A DNA stretch of 64,000 bases from Candidatus Woesearchaeota archaeon. Lineage in GTDB: Archaea > Nanobdellota > Nanobdellia > Woesearchaeales > JACPBO01. The notes under the pieces were generated by a model. It searched no databases. It was not told where the DNA came from and was given only the letters and a program-made list of their open reading frames with translations. A program made the translations under genes and the position numbers. Shown here one piece after another: positions 8,980 through 17,968 of this stretch (positions are counted from its first letter, which is position 1; every line of letters starts with the position of its first letter). Location of the stretch: contig JAUSCS010000006.1 in NCBI GenBank assembly GCA_030651135.1, positions 522,160 through 586,159 of the forward strand. The letters run 5' to 3'.

Positions 8980-9227
8980 GAAAAACACCACCACTGACGC
9001 AGATGCGACAGGGGTTGCTCCCCAAGTTTTTAGCAAAAACTTGGCAAAAACATATGAGGCATAAAGCCTCATGCCACGACCAGATTGTTTTGAATGCTAG
9101 TCGTGGCGTGGAGCTTCATGCTCCACATTGCGTGCCAACTGAGCGTAACCAGTTGCGGGGTGTCGCATAGGGCAAAGCGAACATAGTGAGCTTTGACCGT
9201 CTGCTGTCAGTTGTGGTGGTGTTTTTC
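8980..9227. ncRNA. Highly structured fold-back element (candidate ncRNA or MITE-like repeat)
   Basis: 15-bp perfect terminal inverted repeat enclosing at least 7 nested hairpins; GC-rich against the AT-rich background. Confidence 0.6.
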
Positions 9228-9259
9228 AGAGCATCATAATCAACAAATTTACTTGACAG

Positions 9260-9332
9260 GGGCTCATGGTCTAGCAGCTATGACGTCGCTCTCACTAAGC
9301 GGAGATCGGGAGTGCAAGTCTCCCTGGGCCCA
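9260..9332 (+). tRNA. tRNA-Val(CAC)
   Basis: GGGCTCA/TGGGCCC acceptor, TCGCT-CT-CAC-TA-AGCGG anticodon arm, T arm GGGAG-TGCAAGT-CTCCC. Confidence 0.9.
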
Positions 9333-9355
9333 TCATTGTTTTTTAAATTAGAAGA

Positions 9356-10405
9356 TTAGGAATTAATTGTCTCAAGAATTTTGTCTTTTTTATTAAGTAA
9401 AAAAGGATATCTCTCGGCATACAGATTAATATTCGCCTGTACTACTTTTTCATAAATATTATGATCGCCAACCCCAAGATAATTTATTTCAGTTCTCAAT
9501 TCTTTTATTAAATTTTTAAATATTTTTTTTTGAGAAGGACTTAATTCCTTATCATTCGAATCATAAACTATAAAACTAATCGCCCTTATAGCATCTGCAA
9601 TAATAGCGGCATTCTCGTCATATAGTTCTTTTTCTTTTCCGCAATCAACTATATCCTTTAATGGTTTGATTAAAGAGATGTTATGAATTTTCTCCTTTTC
9701 TTCAAGCGCCATTAAAATCCTCTCTAACCCGAAAGCAGCTGCTATGACTTCATTTTTTGTCAAACTGATATTGTTTTGCCCATTAAAAATATATTTATAA
9801 TTTAATTGAGAAGCAATTTCAACATATCTTCCATCAACCATTTTATAATAGATTTCAAAACCCGGTCCGCCAGCACAATTTGGTATTCTTGCAATGAAAA
9901 GATTTCGCCTTCCTTTTGTTGGGATTACCTGAGCTTCTCCTAGTAGATTTTTCCAAACATTGGCTATTTTTCTAGTCTCCTGCGAAGTGATGTGGACGTC
10001 ATCAATTTTGCAGTCTTCCAGATAAGTAACTAAGAGTTTATCTTTTTTAAGTCCAAGGACATTCGTTATTAATTCATAAATTTCTTGCGTATTCTTTTCA
10101 AAATTGAGCATATCGGGATTTCCAACCTGTGTAAATTCCATCATTTCAAAGAAGCTTAAATGCCTGTTGCTAATGCCTATTTTTGAAGAATCTGTCTCGC
10201 GCAAACAGCGTTCTGCAAGTGAAAAAGTAATTGGCGGTCTAGGGCATTCATCGCGCAGTATAGGATCGACTATATGATGGCCTGCACTGGGGTTAAATTT
10301 TCCATAACCGCCTCTGGCGTAAAGCAGGCCTACAGATTTTTCTAAAGGATAACCTGACTTTTCTGCAAAGTCAATTACATTTTTGATAATGTTTTTACTA
10401 TTCAT
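9356..10405 (-). CDS. Alanyl-tRNA synthetase-like paralogue (catalytic domain only, divergent)
   Basis: ERCLR..D...IG...RHLSFFEM, GPGFEIYY, FGLERI, IIADAIRA align by eye with the N-terminus of AlaRS 40037..41824. Confidence 0.8.
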   Translation of the reverse strand: MNSKNIIKNVIDFAEKSGYPLEKSVGLLYARGGYGKFNPSAGHHIVDPILRDECPRPPITFSLAERCLRETDSSKIGISNRHLSFFEMMEFTQVGNPDMLNFEKNTQEIYELITNVLGLKKDKLLVTYLEDCKIDDVHITSQETRKIANVWKNLLGEAQVIPTKGRRNLFIARIPNCAGGPGFEIYYKMVDGRYVEIASQLNYKYIFNGQNNISLTKNEVIAAAFGLERILMALEEKEKIHNISLIKPLKDIVDCGKEKELYDENAAIIADAIRAISFIVYDSNDKELSPSQKKIFKNLIKELRTEINYLGVGDHNIYEKVVQANINLYAERYPFLLNKKDKILETINS

Positions 10406-10500
10406 AAGTTATAAAATATTATGCACTTTATTAAATTTATTTGTTGCTTTTCTACAAACAAATAGAAAAATTTAAATAAGGAGCGGTTTTAGATGCCAAA

Positions 10501-11232
10501 ATGGAAGAAATATTCAAGGAATTAGGACTTTCTGATAAGGAAATAAAAGCTTATTTGAAACTCTTAGAGCTTGGGCAAGCGACAACACAGAGGCTTTCAG
10601 AGGTTACAGCAATCAACAGAATAACACTTTATGATATTCTAAGATATCTGATAGAAAAAGGTTTTGTTGGTTATACAATCATTGATAAGGTCAAATATTT
10701 TTATGCAACACCGCCAAGAAATGTGCTAAATATGCTTAAAGAAAAAGAAAGAAAATTTGTTTCTATTCTACCTGAACTAGAGTCAAAGATGGAAATTATA
10801 GGCAAAAGACCAACTTTTCAATTATTCGAAGGAAAGGAAGGCATAAATACAGTAAATGAAGATGTCCTTAGAGAAAAAAACGAGATCCTTGCCTATGGTT
10901 CTTCCCAAATCATAAATAAAATCATAAAATATCAGGCAATAGATTTCATGAAAAAAAGGATAAAAAATAAAATTAAATGGAAAGGAATAAGTGATTCTGG
11001 TTTTAAAGAGCATATTTTTTTTGAAAAACCAGAGTATAAAAAAATAACTGTATTAAAAGTTGACGATTCATTTAAAAATATTGGAACATGGAATTACATT
11101 TACAACAATAAAATTGCAATTTTATCATTTAATAAAGAAAATTTTGTTGGAATTATAATCGAGGATGAAACTATAAATAAAACAGCAAAGTTAATTTTTG
11201 AAAAACTGTGGAAGCAAGCTAAAAAATCTTAA
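10501..11232 (+). CDS. TrmB-family transcriptional regulator
   Basis: LGLSDKEIKAYLKLL wHTH, FEGKEGI linker, PLD-like effector domain. Confidence 0.88.
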   Translation: MEEIFKELGLSDKEIKAYLKLLELGQATTQRLSEVTAINRITLYDILRYLIEKGFVGYTIIDKVKYFYATPPRNVLNMLKEKERKFVSILPELESKMEIIGKRPTFQLFEGKEGINTVNEDVLREKNEILAYGSSQIINKIIKYQAIDFMKKRIKNKIKWKGISDSGFKEHIFFEKPEYKKITVLKVDDSFKNIGTWNYIYNNKIAILSFNKENFVGIIIEDETINKTAKLIFEKLWKQAKKS

Positions 11233-11239
11233 TTATAGA

Positions 11240-12412
11240 ATGATCCAAAAAACAAGCTTTTATTCATGGAAAACAGGCAATCTGGCAAAAGGCTGCAGGC
11301 TTTGCGTAGAAGGATCTAAATTAGTTTTATTTGCAACTGGGCTTTGCCCCAGAAGCTGCTTTTACTGCCCTTTATCAGAGCAGAAAAAGAACAAAGATGT
11401 TGTTTATGCAGATGAGTGGAAGATCGAAAAAGACAGAGACATAATTGCAGAAGCAAAATCAATAAGCGCAAAAGGAGCTTCTTTGACTGGAGGCGATCCG
11501 TTCATAGTTTTAAACAGAAGCATTAAATACATTAAATTATTAAAAAAAGCCTTTGGAAAGAAATTTCATATACATCTTTACACACTTCCTGAATTATTAA
11601 CGCTCAATAAATTAAAAAAATTCTATAATGCGGGTTTGGACGAGATAAGGCTGCATCCTGATATTTTCAACAGGAAGAATTGGAATAAAATAGATTTAGT
11701 CAAGAAATTTAAATGGCAGATTGGAGTTGAAATTCCAGTCATTCCCGGTCACAAAAAGAAAATCATGGAACTGATTGATTATTTTGCGGATAAAATCAAT
11801 TTTTTAAATCTAAATGAACTGGAAATATCAGACACAAATGCAGACAAATTATTGAAAATGGGCTTTAGGTGCAAAGACGAAGTTTCTTATGGAATAAAAG
11901 GAAGCGAAGAGCTGGCTTTTGAATTATTAAAACACATCAGTAAAAAACATCCAAAGCCGAATGTCCATTACTGCACTGCAACTTTAAAGGACAAAGTTCA
12001 GTTGGCAAACAGGATAAAAAGAAGGGCAAAAAACACTGCAAAAGCTTATGACATTGTCAGTGAAGAAGGCATGCTGATCAGGGGCGCTGTTTATTTGCCT
12101 GATTTAAAGCCAGGATTTAGTTATAGAAAAAGATTGGAAAATATTTTAAAAAATAAAAAAATTAAAAATAAGCTTATAAAGAAATTAAACACAATAAAAA
12201 ATAATTTAAAAAAAGACTTTAAAATAAAAAACAGCTTAATAGATATTGACGAGCAGAAATTAAGGATATTGGCATCAATGAAAATAATTGATAAAATAAA
12301 AAATAAAATAATATTGAAAGGCCTCTGCCCGGCAATTGTTGAAGAATATCCTACATGGGATCAGACTGAAATAGATATCGAGTTTTTGCGCAATAAAGCA
12401 AAAACTATTTAA
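11240..12412 (+). CDS. Archaeal radical SAM protein (COG2108-like)
   Basis: GCRLC, TGLCPRSCFYCPLS, TGGDP, GLDEIRLHP. Confidence 0.85.
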   Translation: MIQKTSFYSWKTGNLAKGCRLCVEGSKLVLFATGLCPRSCFYCPLSEQKKNKDVVYADEWKIEKDRDIIAEAKSISAKGASLTGGDPFIVLNRSIKYIKLLKKAFGKKFHIHLYTLPELLTLNKLKKFYNAGLDEIRLHPDIFNRKNWNKIDLVKKFKWQIGVEIPVIPGHKKKIMELIDYFADKINFLNLNELEISDTNADKLLKMGFRCKDEVSYGIKGSEELAFELLKHISKKHPKPNVHYCTATLKDKVQLANRIKRRAKNTAKAYDIVSEEGMLIRGAVYLPDLKPGFSYRKRLENILKNKKIKNKLIKKLNTIKNNLKKDFKIKNSLIDIDEQKLRILASMKIIDKIKNKIILKGLCPAIVEEYPTWDQTEIDIEFLRNKAKTI

Positions 12413-12434
12413 ATTATAAGAATAAAGAAACAGC

Positions 12435-12707
12435 ATGATCATCACAATCAACACGAAAGACGACTCGCACGAGGATATAAGGAAAGTGATAAGGATGCTG
12501 CAGCATCTTTTAGGAGAGCATGAAACATTCACGAACAGGAATATATTTGATTCTCCCTCTCCAAGTTTGGATCCGCATCAGCCAACAAGCGCTTTTGGAG
12601 CAATGTTTGGCAGTGAAAACACAGCATTAACTGATTCATCCGCAGCTGAAATCAAAGAAAAAAAAGACGATGAAGAAACTCCTGAGGTAATCGTTTATGA
12701 CTATTGA
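12435..12707 (+). CDS. Hypothetical protein
   Basis: 90-aa ORF with TATA box upstream, overlapping the next gene. Confidence 0.65.
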   Translation: MIITINTKDDSHEDIRKVIRMLQHLLGEHETFTNRNIFDSPSPSLDPHQPTSAFGAMFGSENTALTDSSAAEIKEKKDDEETPEVIVYDY

Positions 12708-13122
12708 GCAGGAAGAGCCGGAGTATTTTTCAGCAAAAGACCTTGTGAGGTCGTTTTTTGGCTCTTTATTTTTCGGATTTGCATTCATCTTCAGCAAGGC
12801 ATTGATTGATTTAAGCGCAACATTGGATAAGATTCATATCGTCCTGATTCTGCTTTCGACTTTTCTGCTCCTCACATTTGAGATATACTTCATCGGTTAC
12901 CAGAGGGTAAGCGACAGGAAAAGAAGGCCGTTCTGGGAGTTCTGGCTCAAAAGATTCGCAACATTCTACGTAATAACTGTCTTGGTTTCGCTCTATCTTG
13001 TTTATATTTACAATTTTCAGGTTTATCTGACAACATACATGGAAATAATAAAGCTCGTAGTTGCAGTTTCACTGCCCTGCGCAACAGGCGCTGCAATCGC
13101 AGACTTATTGAAAAAATACTAA
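12697..13122 (+). CDS. Membrane protein (DUF2391-like)
   Basis: Four TM segments, ending GAAIADLL. Confidence 0.65.
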   Translation: MTIEQEEPEYFSAKDLVRSFFGSLFFGFAFIFSKALIDLSATLDKIHIVLILLSTFLLLTFEIYFIGYQRVSDRKRRPFWEFWLKRFATFYVITVLVSLYLVYIYNFQVYLTTYMEIIKLVVAVSLPCATGAAIADLLKKY

Positions 13123-13155
13123 GGTTTTTATATCGAGCTTTTTTCTTTGTCTTTT

Positions 13156-13566
13156 ATGGAAAAATACAAATTTTTTGAGCACACAGCAGATGCAAAATTC
13201 CAGGCATACGGCAAAACTCTTGAAGAAGCATTCTCGAATGCAGCCTTAGCCATGTTTTCTGTGATGACAGACATCAAAAAAATAAAGCCAAAGATAAAAA
13301 AAGAAATAAGTGTTGAAGGAATAGACCAAAAGCAGCTTCTTTATAATTTTCTGGAAGAATTCTTGTTTTTAATGGATACAGAATTTTTGCTGTTAAGCAA
13401 TGTTGAAAAGATAAAGATAAACGCCAATAAATTAACTGCAACAGCCTTTTTTGACAAAGCAGAAAACTACGAAACCCATGGTGATGTAAAAGCAGTTACA
13501 TACCAGGAAATGGAGATAAATCAGGAAAAAGACAAGGTCATGGTGCAGGTTGTTGTGGACATATAA
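13156..13566 (+). CDS. Archease
   Basis: EHTAD, GKTLEEAF.NAA, VKAVTY, terminal VDI; adjacent to rtcB. Confidence 0.93.
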   Translation: MEKYKFFEHTADAKFQAYGKTLEEAFSNAALAMFSVMTDIKKIKPKIKKEISVEGIDQKQLLYNFLEEFLFLMDTEFLLLSNVEKIKINANKLTATAFFDKAENYETHGDVKAVTYQEMEINQEKDKVMVQVVVDI

Positions 13567-13607
13567 TCTTAGCAAACTATTTAAACTGATTAAATTTACC
13601 CTTCTTT

Positions 13608-16538
13608 ATGGAGCTAAAAAAAATAAACGAATTTACGTGGCAGATACCGAAAACAGGCAACATGAAGGTTCCTGCAATAATCTATGCTTCAGAGAAGCTG
13701 ATAGAGAAGATAAAGCAGGACTTGACATTAAAGCAGTCGGAGAATGTTGCAGCATTGAAAGGGATCCAGACAGCATCATATACAATGCCAGATGCTCATC
13801 AAGGATATGGGTTTCCTATCGGTGGTGTTGCTGCGTTCGACATGGATGAAGGCATTATAAGCCCTGGCGGTGTTGGTTATGATATTAATTGTTTAACGGA
13901 AGATGCAAGAATATTGACTGAGCAAGGATATTTCAAAGAAATAAGAGAGTTCGAACATGATTTTATAGAAGTTGAGAACCTTAATTCAAAATATGCCTTG
14001 AAATCAAAAATGTGCCAATTAAAGGTAATTTCATTTGACTCTTCCCAAAATTGTTTTTCTTCCAAACAAGTTAATTATTTTATGAAGAAAAAACATTTTG
14101 GTTCAATTGTCAACATCAAAACTAAATTAGGATATGCCATTCAGTTAACAGAAGAACACCCGATATTATCAAAGTCAGGTATGATTGAATCTAAACTATT
14201 AAATCAAGGAGAACAAATAGCAATAAATCCTTTTGAAGGGGTTGAGTTTGAAAAGACTAAAGAGGATTTTATTTTAGCCACAGAAAATGAATTTGAAAAA
14301 AAACAGAGAGAAGAACTAATAAAAAGGGAGATTTTACCATTAAGATTAACTAATAGTAAGCTTCCAATCATAACAAAATTGTTCGGATATTTGCTAGGAG
14401 ATGGAAGTATCTATATAAGCAATGGCAAGGGAAGGATATGCGCATTTGGTCAGAAAGAAGATCTTTTGGAAGTAAAAAGCGATTTTGAAAAACTTGGATT
14501 TTCTGCAAGGATTTATGGTAGAACAAGAGAACACACTATTGAAACTCAATATGGGAAAAAAATATTTTCAGCTAAAAATTATGAATTGCATGTATCTTCT
14601 ATAGCATTAACCAATTTATTCTTTAAATTGGGGTACCCTAAAGGAATAAAAACTTCAACTAAATTTTTAATACCTAGCTGGATAGTAGGGAGCCCTAAAT
14701 GGATGAAGCGATTGTTTATATCAGCCCTATTTGGAGCAGAGTTATCTAGCCCAAGAACCCATACAAAAACAGGTTTCGATTGCCCTGTCCTATCAATAAA
14801 TAAAATAGAAAATCGAGTAGAAAATGGAAGAGAATTTTGCATCCAATTGATGAATTTGCTTGAAGAATTTGAAGTAAAAACAGATAAAATAATTGAAAGA
14901 AAAGAATATAAAAACAAACAAGGAGTGACCTACAGGATAAGACTTCAAATTTCTTCAGAAGAAGATAATCTGATTAAGCTTTGGTCAAAGATTGGTTTTT
15001 CCTATAATCGAAAGAGAGATATTCTGTCCAAAATAGCAATACTGTACATTAAAGAAAAAAAGAACCTTGCTGGAATACGATCAGAAATTGCTGTCAAGGT
15101 AAAAGATTTTAAGAAGAAAGGGTTAAAGCTCAAAGAAGTCCAAAATTTATTAAAAAATGAATATGTGAATGATCGCTTTATAGAACGACATTATTACGAA
15201 AACGCAGGACAGAGAATTTCTTTAAATTTCATATCCTTCGAAGAATTCAAAAGATTGAAATTAAATGAATTTGAAAAATATGGCTTATTTTTTGATTTTG
15301 TCATTTCTGTTTCAAAAGTACCATATGAAGGAGATGTGTACGATCTAAATATAGATAAAACACATAATTTTGTAGCAAATAATATCATAGTTTCGAATTG
15401 CGGCGTCAGACTATTAGCAACAGACTGGGCTGAAAAAGACATTGCTGCAAAAAGAAAAGAATTGCTTAATGAGATCTTCAAAGAAGTCCCTGCAGGAGTT
15501 GGAAAGTCAGGAATCACAAAATTAAGCAAAGATATTTTGATGGAAATTCTGAAGAAAGGCGCAAGATGGGCTTTAGAGCAGGGTTATGGGACAAAAGAAG
15601 ATCTGGAAAGAACAGAAGAAAACGGCTGCATGAAGGCTGCTGATCCAGGCACAGTTTCTCAAAGAGCTTTAGAAAGGGGAATGCCGCAGTTGGGAACATT
15701 AGGAAGCGGAAATCATTTTCTGGAAATACAGAAAGTTGATCAAATCTATGACATAGAAACTGCAAAAGATTTTGGAATAACTGAAAAAGGCCAGATAACT
15801 GTTATGATACACTGCGGATCCAGAGGATTGGGGCATCAGGTTGCTTCTGATTATATCAAGGAAATGGAAGAAAAGCACGGGATAAAAGATCTGCCGGACA
15901 GGGAACTAGTTAATGCTCCTATTAATTCAGAAACAGGCCAGAGATACTATAAGGCAATGTGCTGCGCAATAAATTATGCTTTTGCAAACAGGCAGATGAT
16001 AGAGCACTGGACAAGGGATGTTTTCAATAGAATAATGGGCAGCTCAGATGGGATGAAGCAAGTTTATGATGTCTGCCACAATCTTGCTAAATTTGAAAGG
16101 CACAATGTTGATGGAAAGCAGAAATTAGTCTGCGTTCACAGAAAAGGCGCAACCAGAAGCTTTGGTCCAGGAAGAGAGGAGATTCCTGATGTTTACAGAA
16201 GCATTGGACAGCCGGTGATAATCCCTGGATCAATGGGAACTGCTTCGTATTTATTGGTTGGAACGAAAAAAGCAGAGGAGATCTCCTGGGGATCAACAGC
16301 CCACGGCGCAGGAAGAGTTGCATCAAGGAGTGAAGGATTAAGAACATTAAGAGGAGAGCAGGTTGCGCATGATCTTGAAAAGAAAGGCATAGAAGTCAAG
16401 GCAACATCATGGAAAGGGATCGCAGAAGAAGCTCCCCAGATGTACAAGGACATTGATGAAGTTGTCAGAGTTTCTCATGCGCTTGGGATCGGGAATATGG
16501 TCGTAAGATTAGTGCCGTTGGCAGTGATGAAAGGCTAG
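13608..16538 (+). CDS. rtcB: tRNA-splicing ligase RtcB, intein-containing
   Basis: MPDAHQGYGFPIGG, GYDIN[intein]CGVR, GSGNHFLE, HRKGAT, HGAGR, EEAP..YKD. Confidence 0.96.
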   Translation: MELKKINEFTWQIPKTGNMKVPAIIYASEKLIEKIKQDLTLKQSENVAALKGIQTASYTMPDAHQGYGFPIGGVAAFDMDEGIISPGGVGYDINCLTEDARILTEQGYFKEIREFEHDFIEVENLNSKYALKSKMCQLKVISFDSSQNCFSSKQVNYFMKKKHFGSIVNIKTKLGYAIQLTEEHPILSKSGMIESKLLNQGEQIAINPFEGVEFEKTKEDFILATENEFEKKQREELIKREILPLRLTNSKLPIITKLFGYLLGDGSIYISNGKGRICAFGQKEDLLEVKSDFEKLGFSARIYGRTREHTIETQYGKKIFSAKNYELHVSSIALTNLFFKLGYPKGIKTSTKFLIPSWIVGSPKWMKRLFISALFGAELSSPRTHTKTGFDCPVLSINKIENRVENGREFCIQLMNLLEEFEVKTDKIIERKEYKNKQGVTYRIRLQISSEEDNLIKLWSKIGFSYNRKRDILSKIAILYIKEKKNLAGIRSEIAVKVKDFKKKGLKLKEVQNLLKNEYVNDRFIERHYYENAGQRISLNFISFEEFKRLKLNEFEKYGLFFDFVISVSKVPYEGDVYDLNIDKTHNFVANNIIVSNCGVRLLATDWAEKDIAAKRKELLNEIFKEVPAGVGKSGITKLSKDILMEILKKGARWALEQGYGTKEDLERTEENGCMKAADPGTVSQRALERGMPQLGTLGSGNHFLEIQKVDQIYDIETAKDFGITEKGQITVMIHCGSRGLGHQVASDYIKEMEEKHGIKDLPDRELVNAPINSETGQRYYKAMCCAINYAFANRQMIEHWTRDVFNRIMGSSDGMKQVYDVCHNLAKFERHNVDGKQKLVCVHRKGATRSFGPGREEIPDVYRSIGQPVIIPGSMGTASYLLVGTKKAEEISWGSTAHGAGRVASRSEGLRTLRGEQVAHDLEKKGIEVKATSWKGIAEEAPQMYKDIDEVVRVSHALGIGNMVVRLVPLAVMKG
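13890..15398 (+). mobile_element. Intein (503 aa) with LAGLIDADG homing endonuclease in RtcB
   Basis: Starts CLTEDA; block B LTEEHP; GYLLGDG and SALFGAE motifs; ends VYDL..HNFVANNIIVSN before the +1 Cys. Confidence 0.93.
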
Positions 16539-16540
16539 AG
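16506..16540 (+). repeat. Direct repeat copy 1 (rtcB 3' end)
   Basis: AGATTAGTGCCGTTGGCAGTGATGAAAGG(C)TAGAG; 34/35 identical to 17845..17879. Confidence 0.85.
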
Positions 16541-17335
16541 CTGCTTCGCTTTAACATTTTTTCTATAAATGAAGACAATAGAAACCAGATATCCGAAGTA
16601 AGAAATAATTTCTAACAACGAAGGATCTCCATTATATCCGAACAGTGATTTCAAAATACTCCCAAAATTGCCATTCTCGTTTATGATGTTGTTCGTATTC
16701 CAAACATGTTCAATTGTAATGGGCAACAAGCTTGCTTCTTGAAACTCATGAACGCCATGCGCAATAAGACCGGCTGCAAATAATGTAAGCAGAATGCTCG
16801 TTATATTGAAAAATAACTTCAAATTGATCCGTTTTATGCTGAAGAAAAACAAATAACCCAAAATTAATGCGCTGACAATTCCGATTAAGGCCCCTATGAG
16901 ATTGTTCTCTTTACTGACAAAATTAGCTGCTCCGAGAAAAATAACAGTTTCAACACCCTCTCTTAATACTGCAACCAGGCTAAGAAAGAACAATCCAAGC
17001 TCATGCTCCATCTCCACCTTTTTGGATACTTTCTCTCTTATCTCCTTAACATGGCTCTTTTTCATCATCCAAAATATCATATAAGTCAGTAGAATCGCAG
17101 CTGCAAACATTGATATGCCTTCAAATATCTGCTCAGCTTTGCCTTCAAATTCCCCAATAAAAAACTTAAAAATAAATGCAGTTATAACGCTTAAAACCAA
17201 ACCAGAAATCACCCCAAACCATACAAATTTAGCATAGTCTTTCCTTTTTATTTCATAAAGATATGCGAGAATTATTCCTATAACCAATACTACTTCTAAA
17301 GTTTCCCTGAATGTTATTATTGCGCTGGTTAGCAT
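16535..17335 (-). CDS. FTR1/EfeU-family iron permease
   Basis: Two RExxE motifs (RETLE, REGVE), HEFQE, about 7 TM segments. Confidence 0.9.
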   Translation of the reverse strand: MLTSAIITFRETLEVVLVIGIILAYLYEIKRKDYAKFVWFGVISGLVLSVITAFIFKFFIGEFEGKAEQIFEGISMFAAAILLTYMIFWMMKKSHVKEIREKVSKKVEMEHELGLFFLSLVAVLREGVETVIFLGAANFVSKENNLIGALIGIVSALILGYLFFFSIKRINLKLFFNITSILLTLFAAGLIAHGVHEFQEASLLPITIEHVWNTNNIINENGNFGSILKSLFGYNGDPSLLEIISYFGYLVSIVFIYRKNVKAKQL

Positions 17336-17739
17336 TGGATTCGCACCTTTATTGGCTTCCCATGGGGGCAATAAGCTGGGTTTTTCATAATTAAGCTCAT
17401 CTTTTTAACAGCCAAGTCAGATAATGCATGCTCTATCTTGTTTGCTTCATTATGCACCTGGCTTAATTTTAAGCCCAGTATCTTGCTTAAAAATAATTCA
17501 ATAATCCTGTGTTTGTATGTTAATTGCCTGCCTTCAATCAATCCTTTTTTTGTTAGCTTTAAAGGCCCGTATGGCTTTACAGAGATTAATTTATATTTTG
17601 ACAGCTTGCTTAACATCTCAGAAACACTGGCTTTTGATATATTCAGGTATTTTGCCAGATCAATGGATCTGACCTCTCCTTTAGACTCCTCGCTAAGATG
17701 GTATGCTGCCCTGATATAATCTTCTTTTGAAAAGTTCAT
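17329..17739 (-). CDS. DtxR/MntR-family metal-dependent repressor
   Basis: EDY, SVSEML.KL, HRIIE.FL, EA.KIEH, CPHG.PI. Confidence 0.92.
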   Translation of the reverse strand: MNFSKEDYIRAAYHLSEESKGEVRSIDLAKYLNISKASVSEMLSKLSKYKLISVKPYGPLKLTKKGLIEGRQLTYKHRIIELFLSKILGLKLSQVHNEANKIEHALSDLAVKKMSLIMKNPAYCPHGKPIKVRIQC

Positions 17740-17741
17740 AA

Positions 17742-17759
17742 AGTTAGGTATGCCTAACT
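17742..17759. promoter_or_regulatory. DtxR/IdeR-type operator
   Basis: AGTTAGG-TATG-CCTAACT palindrome between the TATA box and the dtxR start; resembles TTAGGTTAGCCTAA boxes. Confidence 0.75.
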
Positions 17760-17801
17760 CATATATAAATGTTGCGGTTTAAGCATGCTTTATTTTGGCA
17801 T

Positions 17802-17879
17802 ATGAAGCTGCCAGGCTTTCACATCAGTCAGGGATATAGTTGTCAGATTAGTGCCGTTGGCAGTGATGAAAGGGTAGAG
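17802..17879 (+). repeat. Direct repeat copy 2: degenerate duplicate of the rtcB 3' end
   Basis: Encodes VVRLVPLAVMKG*; weaker similarity upstream to the DEVVRVSH codons. Confidence 0.8.
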
Positions 17880-17968
17880 AAGCCATGATTTGCTTAACTA
17901 TTGGTAAAATCTATTTTTGTACAGATCTTTAAGTAAAATTTATATATCCTATTATATATCGGTTATGT

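Noticed and set aside
8958-9170. 70-aa ORF, and SRP or RNase P RNA identity for the fold-back element
   Set aside because: The ORF lies in palindromic GC-rich sequence with atypical composition; I found no SRP helix-8 motif and no RNase P GAGGAAAGUCC-type motif on either strand
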